Part shown: positions 23,967 through 37,290 of the stretch, in pieces
Numbering within the stretch: position 1 is the stretch's first letter
Layout: each line of letters opens with the position of its first letter
Assembly (NCBI GenBank): GCA_010356995.1
Contig: ML996703.1
Coordinates: 62,001 to 126,000, forward strand
DNA: 64,000 nucleotides
DNA from: Trichodelitschia bisporula
Taxonomy: Eukaryota
Direction of reading: 5' to 3'
Notes under the pieces: model-generated
Databases searched by the model: none
What the model was told of the DNA's origin: nothing
The model's input: only the letters and a program-made list of their open reading frames with translations
Program-made: the position numbers and the translations under genes

Positions 23967-25323
23967 ATGGCTGCTCGAGCCTCCACCTACAAATGTCTCT
24001 CGTGCACTCTGCGGAGCTCACTACTTCGCAGCACTCCCGGCTTTGTCTCTAGGACATATGCGACTACATCGGCACCTTCGTCCATAACATCTGAAGCGCC
24101 CAAGGAGCAGCGTACCACCAAATTCAGCGACCGCCTCAACTCTGGTCCGTCCTTCTCCGAATTCGTCGGTGGCAACGGCAAGCCTCTGACTCCCGAGGAT
24201 GCGCTGGAGCTCCGCACCGCGATGGTTGGGCCCGCGGGCAGGAAGAAGCAGATCACACGGCTGCCAGAGTGGCTTAAGACACCAATTCCGGACGGGAACA
24301 ACTTCAAGAAGATCAAAAATGACCTGCGTGGTCTGAACCTGCATACCGGTAGGCTCTGTCCCGTGCCCCTCTTTGGCATGTTTTAACGCCAATAGTGTGC
24401 GAAGAAGCCCGCTGCCCGAACATATCCGACTGCTGGGGCGGATCCGACAAGTCCGCCGCGACGGCAACCATCATGCTCATGGGCGACACGTGCACGCGGG
24501 GCTGCCGCTTCTGCAGTGTTAAGACTGCGGCCAAGCCGCCGCCTCTCGACCCGCACGAGCCCGAGAACACGGCCGAGGCTCTCAAGCGCTGGGGACTGGG
24601 GTATGTGGTGCTGACGTCGGTGGATCGCGACGATTTGGCCGACGGCGGCGCGCGGCACTTTGCGGAGACTATTCGCAAGATCAAAGCCAAGGCTCCGACA
24701 ATGTTGGTTGAGGCTCTTACGGGAGACTTTGCCGGAGATCTGGAGATGGTCAAGATTGTGGCTACGAGCGGCCTGGACGTCTACGCCCATAACGTCGAGA
24801 CGGTCGAGGAGCTGACCCCGTTCGTACGCGACCGTCGTGCGAAGTTTCGGCAGAGCCTGGCTGTATTGGAGGCGGCGAAGTTGGCTAAGCCTGGCCTAAT
24901 CACCAAAACGAGCATGATGCTCGGCCTGGGCGAGACTGAGGAGCAGGTGATGGAGGCATTGAAAGGTCCGTGCGGAGGCGACAGCAGAGGCACAACGGAG
25001 ACAGGGACTAACTGTTAGCAGAACTCCGAAAAATCGATGTCGACGTCGTCACATTCGGGCAGTACATGCGGCCCACTAAGCGGCACATGAAGGTCGAAGA
25101 ATACGTCACTCCCGCCGTTTTCGAGATGTGGCGTGAGCGGGCGCTTGAGATGGGCTTCCTGTACTGCGCCAGCGGCCCGCTGGTGCGGTCATCCTACAAG
25201 GCGGGAGAGGCGTTCATCGAGAACGTTCTGAAGAAGCGAGCGCAAGAGGGCCTCCCGACGGCTGTGTCCGGCGCCTCCGCCGCATCAAATGGCGTCGATG
25301 CCTCGCCGGAGACAGCCTCATAA
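23967..25323 (+). CDS. LIP5: Mitochondrial lipoyl synthase (radical SAM); 2 introns
   Basis: [24 protein letters not shown] (CX4CX5C), CTRGCRFC (CX3CX2C), [26 protein letters not shown]. Confidence 0.97.
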
Positions 25324-27480
25324 TCTTGAAGTTTATCCGACTATCACCTCTTCCTACGTAATAACTTCAACAATCAGATGGTTCGTCAGCTCAGACACTG
25401 AGCTGGTGTGCACTGTTCCCTCTGCTCGGGTCTCGGTGACGTCTGGATACGAGCCCCGTGGGCGCACGCCTCGTCGACGCGGCGTGCTGTTGGCGGGAGC
25501 ACGGTGCCGGTAATCTGGCGTCAGCAACGCGTCAACCAGTTGGCACCTTTACCTCTCACCCGGCGGTCAACCCGGAGCCGTCTATGTGGAGGAGTAGGAA
25601 GAGGGGCATCGCCAGGCGTCAACCACCCGGCGGGATGGGAGTGGATGCTGGGTGCTTGTTTCTGTAGGGCTACACGAGGGCAGGGAGTGAGATCCCTGAG
25701 CAAATGAGATGAAGGTCCGGCTTCTTTTGGCTTTGTACAGTTTTCTGCATGCGTTCGGTGCATGTTGTGTGGCACTCCATCTTCGTATCGAAGCCTTGGA
25801 AGCTGCCATCGAAGCTTTTGGGGAGCTTGGATGGCTTGGGATGGGAGGGCAGAAGGATCGACATGGTGCATGGAAGGCTTCGAATGTTCTCTGGTCCTGG
25901 CCTCGGTCTTGGAGAAACATGGTCATCTGCCACTCTTGCTTCATCCCTCGGAGTGCATGCATGGGGACGCTGCGGGCGCAATGTACGGGAGTTGTCCACG
26001 TACCAATGGCATCGTCAATCTATTCTTGACTTCCGCACAGTGGGGGGAAAGGAGGGCGCTGCAGAGTTGGGCGCTGGAGGACAGCTACGAAAGGGCCCCC
26101 ACCACGCAAGGTCGGGATAAGCCTCCTGTGACACTACGGTTAGTACTCCCAACCACGAGATGGAAGCTTTCGAGAAAAGGTTCTACGCACCTCCGGCCCC
26201 CTAGGCCAGTGTATCCTCGGCGGATTTCGTTCTTCGAGCTCACTTCGCTGCAAGCGCACTGCAGCGTCTAGGGCGAATGCAGTCTCCCCCACCCTCCAAT
26301 TATGCACCGTGAAGTCGTGATGCGTGCGTGGGGACGATAAGGTGCGGTCCGCGGGGCGTGAGTACTCGAAACTTCTCCTGAACTGTGCCTTTTCTAGCGC
26401 TTACGGATCGTGACGGCAGAGCTGTCTGTATTCTTAGTTTCTCGCGGTAATGTCAGGTTGATGCGCGGTGTAGAAAGGTAATTTGGACGCCATCTGAATA
26501 GGAACGTTCAGCAGCCTTGGGGAACCGAAGGGGATGCAGTGTTGACCTTTTTTCAGACGATCCTTTTTCAGACGACCATATTCATTGCGTCAACGGTTTT
26601 CCACTGCATGTCGTCGTAGTCTCGCGCCTGTTACACCTAGACCCTGATCACCCTCGCTCCTACTTCATACAGAGACACCTGGTAGCAGACAGATGTGCCG
26701 TCATGCCTCTCTAGCTGCAGAATTCCATCACAACCCCTCATCTCCTAACCTCTCAGCTCACTCCTCCACCATACCATTTCCCCGGCCACCACACCCCAGA
26801 CTACGCATCAAAACGAAAGGCGGCATTGGACTCTCCACCCGAGGCACGCCATTGCCAGCGACCACAGCTTCCAGCGGCATCCTCAGGCCTCACCTCCGCA
26901 GGAGCCAGAGCCGACGTCTCAACACATCCCTTTATCAGCGTTGCCAGGATGCCCGGGCGGGACGCTGCAGCGCAGGATAGGTCGCGGTGCTTCACGCCCA
27001 GGTTTCGGGGCTGTGGTAATAGGCAGTCCGGAGGGGAGGATGCCGCCTTGCATGCTAAGAGGTTTAAGGCTGCTGACGAGACGTATTTTACGTGACTAAG
27101 GGAGCCGTTTCGCACTAACAGGGGCATACACGCATACATGACGGGGGCACAACGTTGGGAGATGCTTGCTATCCGCTGCTCGGGAGCGAATTCTAGGCGT
27201 GCCGGCTACCAGTTCCCTCCACACCACCCCGCTCTCGGCGTGCTGGTCTCGATTCCGAGATCCCCGTGGTTCCCGCCTTGTGCTTCCTGCGTGGGAAGCA
27301 GGGTCGTCGGGAGGTTTACGTGTGCGACGGCAGCGAGGCCCGCGTGTGGGTTCCCCCACCTCCTGTGCTCTGCGGGCCTGACTCCTCCCGTAAAGCCCTT
27401 ACCCAGATTATAGACAGCCTGAGACCCTTCGAATCCCATGTGCGTGTAAGATTCTCGGACCACACTCCGCACGCAGCACA

Positions 27481-27536
27481 CTTGCGCAGGTTAGATGTAC
27501 TTTATCAGCTTGCGCAGGTTAGATGTACTTTATCAG
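27481..27536. repeat. Perfect 28-bp tandem duplication CTTGCGCAGGTTAGATGTACTTTATCAG x2
   Basis: Two identical adjacent copies, 27481-27508 and 27509-27536. Confidence 0.95.
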
Positions 27537-29598
27537 TACACCCGCCCCAGCTACCCCACCATCGACTTCCGCGATGAGAAAACGCTCCTTCACCTCAACC
27601 GCAAGCGTCGGTGTTTCGAAAACCCCGTTCACCGCCAGAGGCGCGCACGGGAGCCGGGCGGAAGCGGCGAACGGAGTGGCAACGCACCGAGTGTCCGGCA
27701 TGAAGCCGGCCGAGGGTACATCGGCATTCGCCGTTTTCGGAAGCCGTTGATGACGAAGGACCGCTTGGCGCTGCCGGCTTCGATTGGGACCAGATGCGCT
27801 AAACCTGGCTAATATCTGGGAGGCATTGCATTGCTTGATGAAAAAGCGGCGTACCTTTCCCACCTATCACGTGTGCTGGTCAGTTGTGAGCTCTGGACCT
27901 GATTGATCGGCGACTTTACTCACTTTGTCCCGTGAAAAGGCCCTCGGACGCCGTCCCGAAGCGATTGCCCCCGGCCAGGGATTGAGGCACTCAGCCTTAC
28001 CAAGACGAGCCACCCGGGTTCCCCATGGCACATGGATGGTGCTGGACTGACGAATAGCAGAGGGTGAAGCTTCCGTCATGCTCTGTGAGGGTAATACTCA
28101 TCCCATCATAAGTGACAAGTTTCACGGCTTTTGCTGTGGGATATTTGACGGGACGGAAAGGCGATTGATGGTCCAAAAAGCGGCCCGCTCTCACGCCTCC
28201 CGAGCTGCGTGACAGGGAATGGTATGGACGCTTACAAGAAGCTACGGTAGATGCGTAGCAACCACTAGCCCCGTAAGCGGGGGTTCTAAGAATGACGGCT
28301 GGACTCGGGTCGACGGTCCAAGGATTCATCAGTCGCGGCAAGGCGAACCTAACTCACAGGGCTGATGCACCATCCCGGGAATCCCTGGACTCCCTTTTTC
28401 GGCCAGTAAGCGGTTTGTTATGCACGGGGGCCGGTGCGGTACGACCAGGGCTTTGTGAGCCCGTTGGCCTTTGGGGTTTCTACGGCTGTGATTATTGAGC
28501 CTCTTGAATCTCTGCACTTCCTGTATCGTCGATCAAGAGATGCATCGGGTCTTCAATGACGACATCGAGGTTGGAGAGGAAGAAAGAGGGAGGGGGAGAG
28601 AAAGAGGAATGGAGGAGGAACCATTAGAGGCTGGTGGGGACGATTATCGCGATGATGCCCCGCAGGCCAGCCCATCGGCAAAGGAGGGGAAGCTGGACAG
28701 GCCACTACGGTATGCAACGCATTGGCGATGCCCTTAACCCACATAACCACGATTGCCCTCGACACCCTGCATCAACCGGGCGTGTTTTGTGAGCGCCATT
28801 GGTCTGTCTCCGTCCCAAAAGAAGCATCCCTCCCCCTCCACCATCCCGGCCAGATTCCCTTAGCTGCTTCTGCTTGTGCTTTTGCTAGTGCTTGTTGCTG
28901 CTGATGCTTTCCAACTCTCCCACCAACGTACATAACGTTGAACCGGCTACTCTTAGTTAGCAGGCCGACACCTGCCGCACCACACATGCTGCAGAGCATC
29001 GTCGTCTAGGGATATTCGGGAATACCTTGACCTCTTATTGCCCCCCTCCATGAGAGCGTCCCGTATATATGCTCCACACGCCCCCTCATTCTACCCCTCC
29101 CCACCTGTCCCTCTCCAAGCAAGCCACCTAAAAAAAAAAACACTCCTATCTTAAAGCTCTCGTTGCCTTGGGTTTCAAGGCACAGCACAACCCCCCCTTC
29201 AAATTATCCCCGTTGTACCGTACCATCGATATAAGGCCAACCACTCCGCAAACTCCCACCACTCACCAGCAGCGATCCCCCCGCCAGCCCTGTCATCCAG
29301 TCCCAGCAAACGACCTCGTTCCTCTCCCTTAGCCCCATAATTCTCCCTTCCCGGGCCACCCGCCGCTCACCCCCATAAAAAAATCCCCCGCGGCCTAACG
29401 TCTCACGGCCTTTTTCCGCAAAGCCATTTCCACGTGGTCTCAACTACCGCGTCTCTCATCTTTATCTCTTCCAAAGAAATCCCCTCCAAAAACCCCCTCC
29501 GCCGGGCCTCCCGTCCCGTCCCGCCAGCGCGCGTACCACCACCCCCCGGGTCACGGGCCATCCCGCACCGAACCCCACGCGCGCCCCACGCCTGAGCC

Positions 29599-30471
29599 AT
29601 GGACTACGCGCCCTACTACGCGCACTCACCGCACAGCTACGGCTTCGTCGGCATCACACCCACGCCACCGTACACCGGCGCCGACGGAGGTAAAATGGAC
29701 ACCAGCGTGAGTTTCCCTGCCTCTTCCCTTCCCCTTCCGGTCCGCCCCACCGAAAACACACCCACTGACCCCCAGCAGGACATGGACCCATCCCTCTTCC
29801 CCGCCTCCTACGACGCCTTCCGCTCCTATTCACACCCGCTATCTGCTTCGCCAGTGACCACCTCCGCGCCCTACGGCCCGCTCGACGCGCCGCTCGGCGG
29901 CGGACTGCACGACGCGGCGGGCGACGGGAGCGCGTCGGCGCGGGGCCGGGACCGGCGCTCCAGCAGTGAAGAAAAAGAACTGACCCCCGCGCAATACCGT
30001 CGCAAAGCGCAGAACCGGGCCGCGCAGCGCGCGTTCCGTGAGCGGAAAGAAAGACACGTGAAGGACCTAGAGGCCAAGCTCGAGGCGCTAGAGAGCAGCG
30101 CCACGAGCCTGGCGACGGATAATCAGAGGTTGAAGCTTGCGCTTCAGCGGGCGAATACGGAGAATGAGATTTTGAGGGCGAGGGGGGGGCGGGAGGGGAG
30201 TTGGGAGGAGGAGTATGAGGGGGCTGATGGGGGGTGGAGTGAGAGTGTGAGGAAGGGGGGGGAGGGGGGGGCATTGTTGCAGGCGCATGCTACTTGGGAT
30301 GTTATTCAGGGGCATCGCTTGGTCAAGGCGGGGTATGTTGATGTGGCGGATGTGTGTGAACGACTTAGGGGGAAGGCGAGGTGTGATGGGGGGGGGCCGG
30401 TGTTTAGTGAGTGGGATGTGTTGAGGGCGGTGGAGGAGAGTAGGAGGGGGGGGGGTGATGAGTTGATTTAG
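29599..30471 (+). CDS. Yap/AP-1-like bZIP transcription factor (Fcr3/RsmA-like); probable in-frame intron 29707-29775
   Basis: Basic region RRKAQNRAAQRAFRERKE followed by a leucine zipper. C-terminal TWDVIQ.H..DV.DVCERL.GKARCDG.GPVF motif as in Fcr3/RsmA-type proteins. Confidence 0.88.
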   Translation: MDYAPYYAHSPHSYGFVGITPTPPYTGADGGKMDTSVSFPASSLPLPVRPTENTPTDPQQDMDPSLFPASYDAFRSYSHPLSASPVTTSAPYGPLDAPLGGGLHDAAGDGSASARGRDRRSSSEEKELTPAQYRRKAQNRAAQRAFRERKERHVKDLEAKLEALESSATSLATDNQRLKLALQRANTENEILRARGGREGSWEEEYEGADGGWSESVRKGGEGGALLQAHATWDVIQGHRLVKAGYVDVADVCERLRGKARCDGGGPVFSEWDVLRAVEESRRGGGDELI

Positions 30472-33213
30472 ATGGGATGGGGGGGGAGGGGGATGAGAGT
30501 GTTATACCCGGGTTGTGCGCTGGAGTTTTGCGTTTGGCATACGCTCGTTGCATGATGCGACGGTGGGGGTTTGGTTTTGGGCGGTGGGATAATCGCCGCT
30601 ACTTGGTGTTGTATATAGAGCGTCGACGACTGCGATTGCGGTCTGCATCTGATCGATCTGGAGCGAGGAGGAGACGGGGCTACGTCCAAGGAGGTTCGCG
30701 GGGAAGGAACAGCTGGTATCACTTCGTCTCTTATAGTGCGCCTTGTCATAGCCAATTCTGATCATCATTGCATCCTGCATCACCATAATGATTTCGAGAG
30801 CCTTCTATCGTGAGGTTCCCCGAATATCTTCGCCACCGGTACGAAGTCCGCAGTGATACGAGCCTTCAGTGCAGAGTTACGAGGTTCTGACGTCGACTCC
30901 GCAACACACTCGTAACGTCCCCCCAACCCCTCCTCACCTCGCGCAGAGCCTTACGAAGAGGCGAGAACGACACCCACATCCCCCACTCCAAGCGGGAGCA
31001 TCCCAGCGAAGTCTCACCCAATCCTTCCCTCGCTATAATTATCCCTGGCTCGTTAGGCATCCGCGCAGCAAAACAGCGTCACAGAGAAGACGGCGACCAA
31101 GCAGACTGAGGTTGAACGCCTCTCACGAGTCTGACACTTCCGCACAAAAGTGAGCGATATCTGCGCCTAAGACGTGCCATAAATAGAGCACGTCTGCTCC
31201 GGAATGCAGTGCCAGTTCCCCATGGGTTATTTGATGCGACTCTGCCAGTCGTAGGTCTGCAAACGCCAAAGCTTCACTCACAGATGGAAGCCGAGATATG
31301 CGTGCGTTCCTAGGGCGGCCGCTAGACGACCGGTACGTTAGTGATGGGACTAATATGATAGGACTAACGCATGCGACGGGGGATTCAAGCGGAAACGGCG
31401 TCGGAGCAGACCAGCCACCGTGACGTGTTAACCTTATGGGGAAAGGCGCATCGCGAGATTCTGGACCAGGACGTCTGCAAAGCCGACGTTTCAATCCGAC
31501 GTTTCAATCCGATGTTGGATGGCGGAGGGCGTCTACTATTCGGCCCGATAGCGTGCAGTCTTCCGGTGCTTCATAAGGTCAAAGCTAAGATTACCTGGTA
31601 CTAGCGGGCGCAAGGTTAAATTTTAGTGACATGGTTGGGCCGGACATTCTGATAGTTCACTACTGCAATCTGTCCGGGTAGGGAAAGGAATCGCATGATG
31701 GCATCGCGGCCGCCAATTGGACAACAAGAGGATGCAGACATGGCGTTGATATTGAAATTGCGTGTCGAGGGGCCCCCAACGTCGGGTTCCGGCAAAAGGA
31801 AACCCATGTCTGGAATAGTTCGCAATTATTCGGCATTCCTCGAAGGATGGAGTTCCGAGGGGCGCGCCCACTAAAGGCGCTAGTAAGATGCCGCAGAGGG
31901 CGGGGAGGGGTGCCCATTCAGGCCAAACCCCGCAGTGAAGAGCCTAAAACGACCACCGGCTCGTATTCGGGCAGCTTAAGTAGTACCATTCCCCAGACCC
32001 GCGATGTAGCGGGAACGGCCGACAGATGCAGCATGCGGTTCCTTTTTTCCCAAGGGCGAGTTGGCGAGAGGGCAGCGACCACGGGGCTCCAGGAGAGGCA
32101 CGCATCAACGGCGCCTCTCGGCACGTCAGCAAGTGAAGCCGGAGGGGGGGAGCCTCCAGCTCGGCGCTGCAGATGTTCACGTGCGGCATTCGAAAGGCGA
32201 GATTGCGAGAAGCCGGTGGGGAGTCGCCATGGGGAGGCTGGCATTGTGCCAGCAGACAATGACCAAGAGACGCATGCAGAAGAAATCTGTCGCCTATCTG
32301 TGGAGCGACGCAAGCGCGGCGGCAACGGGCCCCGCGCCCGGGAGAGCGGGGAGGTCATCGCTGGCCCCCCACTGCGGAAAGAGAAACATGGTCATTGTCG
32401 CTGGCAACGACGAGTCTCTTACGTCCTCGAACTGGTTGAGCGATGTAGCGGAGAATCAACCCACTGTCTGTAGGCAGCAGATACGCATGTCGGGATGGAA
32501 CCCCGCTTTGGTGCGTTCTCCGGGATGGTGTTGTGGTGGTAGTGGAGGCCAAGACGTTGCGCCATGCATGAAGATGCGCATGGCCAATCCGAGGCATCCT
32601 CGCTGCGGGAAGAGGATTAGTGCTGAAAGGCGCCCTGGATTCCCAGAGCATGTCAGCACAGCAAAACTTGTATGAGTCCGGTTAAGTAAGCTGCATATGG
32701 CCCCAGCGTCGAGTTGCAGGGCTGAGTATGTAAGCGCTTGGGATGCGGGTTGCAGCACTATCCCAACACTGCAGACGCAGCTGGAAGCGGGCAGACAATC
32801 CACTTGGGCGCTGACCTCCCTCATTTGCCCCCTATTTGCCCCTTAGTGCTCGGCCAAGGTGCAATCGCTTTGCGGCTCGTTTTGAGATGCTCCGCTAAGG
32901 TAATCCTGAGGGCGGGAGATATCCGACCTCGACGATGCCGAGACGTTCATGTGGCGACAAAGTACTAACAACACTTGGCGGGGGGCAATATGGCAGGCAG
33001 CATCACCGCCTCGCAAGTGGATGCTAGTTGTGGTATGCGCAGGCAGCCAAGTCCGGATATGGGATTGGACCATCCCTCATGCGATGCGGGCGCGAATTAG
33101 CAGGGTGAGTTTGTTGTGCAGAAGACAGCTGGCCAACACCATGCGTACTGTCTATGGAAATACGGCTTGTCAGAGCGGGCGGTGAATTTTTGACGGGGAT
33201 TCCTCTCCCCCGC

Positions 33214-34109
33214 TTAGTCCCAATCGCTATCGTCGTCCTCTACTGCCGCTTTATTTCCGCTCCTTATGCTTTTGTGCTCCTCCTCCTCGGCGGCCTTGCG
33301 TTTCAACCGGATGTCACCCTGTTTCAATGCGCCGACCTGTACCAGGAGGTTTTCAACATCTATAACGGTTAGCGAACGTGGACAAGCACCGGTCAGACAT
33401 CGTGAACCTTGCAGCTTCGTCTGCGGCCCGTTCAACTCTCTCAGGGTGACGATTTGCCGCCGAATATCGCCGTCCTTGTATATCAGGATAGTTGGAGTGT
33501 TCTTGTCGGGGTAGCCTTCGATGCACAGGTCCCCGCGGATCTGGCAGAACTTGACATCCCCAAACTTGACCGCAAGCTCCCTCCAGATCTCTACCATCAC
33601 CCGCGACTCCACGTTCATTCCCTGTGAGGATGTAAGGAGCACAAAGACGAAGGCCTTCTTCGACTCATCCGTAACGTCCCGAGTCCAATCAGCCTTCTGA
33701 ACCGGGTACACCTGGTTGTAGACGGATGCGACGGCGATGGTGGATAGCTCGCCCAGACGCTTCTGCCTGTGGCGCCGTCAGCGACGCGACATTCCTGCAC
33801 GAGCGGTGTCCGGACCTGTACTGGTTCAGAAACTCCTCATCCTCGTCGTCTTCCAAATCTGCGAGCTCATCCAGGTCTTTGTCCTCCAGTCGGTTCTCAT
33901 GCGCCAGTCTGCGCGCTTCCTCGAGGGCCTCTTGGATCATGGGCGTCGGCGAAGGCGGCTTTTCGGGAATGATGCCATGTTTGCGGAGAATATCATTCCT
34001 TGGGCGCAGTTAGCCACAGAATGCGCAGTTCGACGAAATCGTACCACTCGGTGTCGGCGTTCGGGTCGTCGATGGGGACTTCGACGGGGTCGTTGGACAT
34101 CATGTTCAT
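33214..34109 (-). CDS. PLP2: Phosducin-like protein (PhLP2/Plp2/VIAF type), thioredoxin fold; 3 introns
   Basis: DPNADTEW|NDILRKHGIIPEKPP, DELADLEDDEDEEFL..YR, CIEGYPDKNTPTILIYKDG, C-terminal DDDSDWD. Confidence 0.9.
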
Positions 34110-34804
34110 GGCGGCAAAAGCAGCGGCCGAGCGGCAAGCTGCTTCACTTTGAGGTTCAAAGGGTGATTATTGTAAAAGAGGAGCGCAACGCGTGAAGCTC
34201 ATAAAGACGACGGCTGCCTTATGTATGTCACAATGCGTCATGGCTCACGCGTGTGCCTACCAACAGCAGCCGGCCGGGAAAATCCCGAGTGCCGTCCGAC
34301 CCCGGCCCTTTCGCCCCGAGTTTAACGGACGGCTTCAACCTCAAGCTTAACTTCAAATGCTGAATTTGAGCAGTACTGACTGACACGCAGCAAGCGGCTG
34401 CATACTATATCTCCATGGTTAGAACTGGATGCTTGGAGTTAATCCTGCAACGGCTGTTCGCCTCAAATTTGCTAAAGCGGTCGAATTCGTCATACGAAGC
34501 AGTCGATTTTTCCGCATGGCGATGAGCACTCTTCAGTAACCAGAGACTGACCATGCATGAGTGCAACGGATGAAAGCGCCTTGGGACGAAACGCAAGATG
34601 AGCACGGTGGGCAATCTTTCTGGGGAAACCCTGGAAGCGGCTGTATATATTCCCGGCTATCACTTGTGCTCGCTCGTCACCTCGTTAGTCAATATTGGAC
34701 AGATGGACCTCTGGGATCTTGAGAACTTCGCGATGGAAGATCTGAATCTTGACGTTTAGCATCATATCTGGCCACGGGCAGGCCCTCACTTGGCGCGTAT
34801 CGTC

Positions 34805-37290
34805 ATGTCGGTCGTTACCATAGTCGTTCTCCTTTCTCTGACCTCCTGGGCCCTGAGTAGCTGCCCAGATTGTGAGAAGGGTCCGATCGCCAGCACTCCG
34901 ATATGCGATCCTTCATTCAGTGGGGTCGAGACGTTACAGCAGCGTTACCAGCTGGCTAACGTCCTAAACCCCTTTGACCGAGCCACGACCGTGCTGGAAC
35001 GACTGAACTTGACGGAGAAGGTTGCGCTTATGGGTCATGCAAGTCCGGGAGTTCCGCGTCTTGGTATTCTACCATACGACTGGTGATCAGAAGGCCTGCA
35101 CGGAGTCGCTTCTGGTCACGGCGTAAAGTTCGCTTCGTCTGGGGACTTTAGCCATGCGACCTCGTTTCCACAGCCCATTCTCCTGGGGGCAACGGTTGAT
35201 GATGATCTGATCAGGCAAATATCAACCGTGATCAGCACTGAGGCTCGAGCTTTTAGCAACGCGGACCGTGCTGGACTGGATCTTTGGACGCCAAATATCA
35301 ATCCCTTTGAAGACCCTAGATGGGGACGCAGCCAGGAAACGCCGGGAGAGGATCCGTTCCACATATCATCTTACGTCCGCGCTCTGGTTGCCGGCCTTGA
35401 AGGCGACAGGTTGTCCGGATATAAGCGCGTGATCACGACTTGCATGCATTTCGCAGCCTACGACCCGAGAAATGGAACGGCACTTCACGCCACGGCTTCA
35501 ACGCAAAGGTCTCTCTCCAGGACTTGGTGGAGTACTATCTTCCGCCTTTCCAGGCATGAACGCGAGACGCCAATGTCGGGGCCGTACTGTGCTCATACAA
35601 TGCCGTCAACGGTGTCCCAACATGCGCAAGCGACTATCTCCTAAACGCCGTCCTCCGCGGGCACTGGGCCTGGGCGTCGGACCAGCACTGTCTTATCGGC
35701 GACTGCGGAGCCGTCGAAAACGTCTTCAAACCGCATCAGTACGCCAAAACGCCAGAAGAAGCCGTTGCATGGTCTCTAAATGCGGGAACTGATCTCGACT
35801 GCGGTCACCATTACCAGAAGTATCTGGCCTCGGCCTACGAGAAAGGCATGTTTGGCGAAGCAACACTTGATCGTGCGCTGGCACGGCAATTTTCGTTATT
35901 GTTCCGGGTTGGATACTTTGATCATGTGAGGAATCAGGCGCTGAGGGCTCTGGGGGGTAAGGATGTGAATACGCCCAAGGCGCAGGAATTGGCTCTTCGC
36001 GCTGTGGTTGAGGGGATCACGCTCTTGAAGAACAACGGCGTCCTGCCTCTCTCATTAGGCGGGAAGTCAATAGCGCTGATCGGTGAGCGGGCCAATGCGA
36101 CCAAGGACATGCAAAGGGAGCTACGCCGGTACTGCTCCGTATCTTCGAAGTCCGCTTGAAGCAGCCCGCAACTTTAACATCACCGTTCATTACGCGAAGG
36201 GCATATCAGGGAAGCTGAATTCCGTTGCCGAAGCTCCCAAGGCAGTGAACCAGGCGGTCGCAAAATCGGATGTCATCATCTTAGTGAGCGGCATCAACAA
36301 CGGTATCGAAGGAGAGGAGAAGGATCGCACCGACATCGCGTGGAGCAAAGCGCAACTTGTGAGAGACTCAGTTATTCCACAACCGCAGTTAACCACCCCC
36401 AGGCTCTCATCGCCCGTCTAAGCTCTGGCGGAAAACCACTGATCGTCGTCCAAATGGGTGGCGGCCAACTAGACTCCTCGCCCCTCCTCACCAACCCCAA
36501 CCTCTCCGCCCTCCTCTGGCCGGCTACCCGGGCCAAGACGGCGGACCCGAAATCCTAAACATCCTCACCGGCCACTCCGCGCCGGCCGGCCGCCTACCCG
36601 TAACCCAGTACCCAGCCGCCTACGTCCAGCAACTCCCAATGACAGACATGTCCCTACGCCCCAGCGGCTCCAGCCCCGGCCGAACCTACAAGTGGTACAC
36701 CGGGACGCCCGTTTTCGAGTTTGTGGTAGGCGCCTTATTGCCGCCTGTGATGCTACCGCCTGTTATGCACCTGCTAATCGGCCCTAGATTCGGCCTGCAC
36801 TACACCAACTTCACAGCACATATACCCCCCGAAGCTCTACTGCCCAGTTATTCAATCCCCACCCTCGGCACCGGGTGCCGCGTCGCGTCCGGCGTGCGCT
36901 TCTACGACCGGTGCGCCTTCGCGCGCATCCCCATCACAATCCACAACACCGGCACCACGCTGTCCGATTACGTACTGCTCGGCTTCTTGTCCAGCGATTT
37001 AGGCCTGCAGCCGCAGCCGCGCAGGGCGTTGGTGGCACACAAGCGGGTGTTCGGTATTGAGGGGGGGGGGGAATGTAACGGTGGGGTTGGAGCTCAGGCT
37101 CGGGAGTTTAGCGCGCGTGGATGGGGAGGGGAATACAGTGCTTTGGCTGGGGGAGTATGTGGTTAGTGTTGACATGGGGGCGTTGTGGGAGGGGAGGGCG
37201 GCGTATTTGGATAGGTGGCCGCTGCCGGCGGGAGGGAGAGGGGGGATGAGTAGGGTGTGGTGTGGGAATGAATGCTCCTTTGTTTCATGA
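34805..37290 (+). pseudogene. GH3 beta-xylosidase/alpha-arabinofuranosidase pseudogene
   Basis: Signal peptide, GVPRLG, W*SEGLHG, ATSFPQPI, WTPNINPFEDPRWGRSQETPGEDP, CSYNAVNGVP, GDCGAV, PAGRLPVTQYP, PGRTYKWY. In-frame TGA at 35084 and 35557, with apparent frameshifts near 35465, 36115, 36520 and 37070. Confidence 0.88.

Noticed and set aside
30800..33200. Overlapping 100-200 aa ORFs between the bZIP and PLP2 3' ends
   Set aside because: ORFs occur in several frames without homology cues, as expected by chance in GC-rich DNA.
35081..35089. TGG-TGA-TCA stop at a conserved Trp as an A-to-I editing-corrected 'pseudo-pseudogene'
   Set aside because: A second stop at a Cys codon and several frameshifts cannot be repaired by A-to-I editing. 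Ordinary decay is the simpler explanation.
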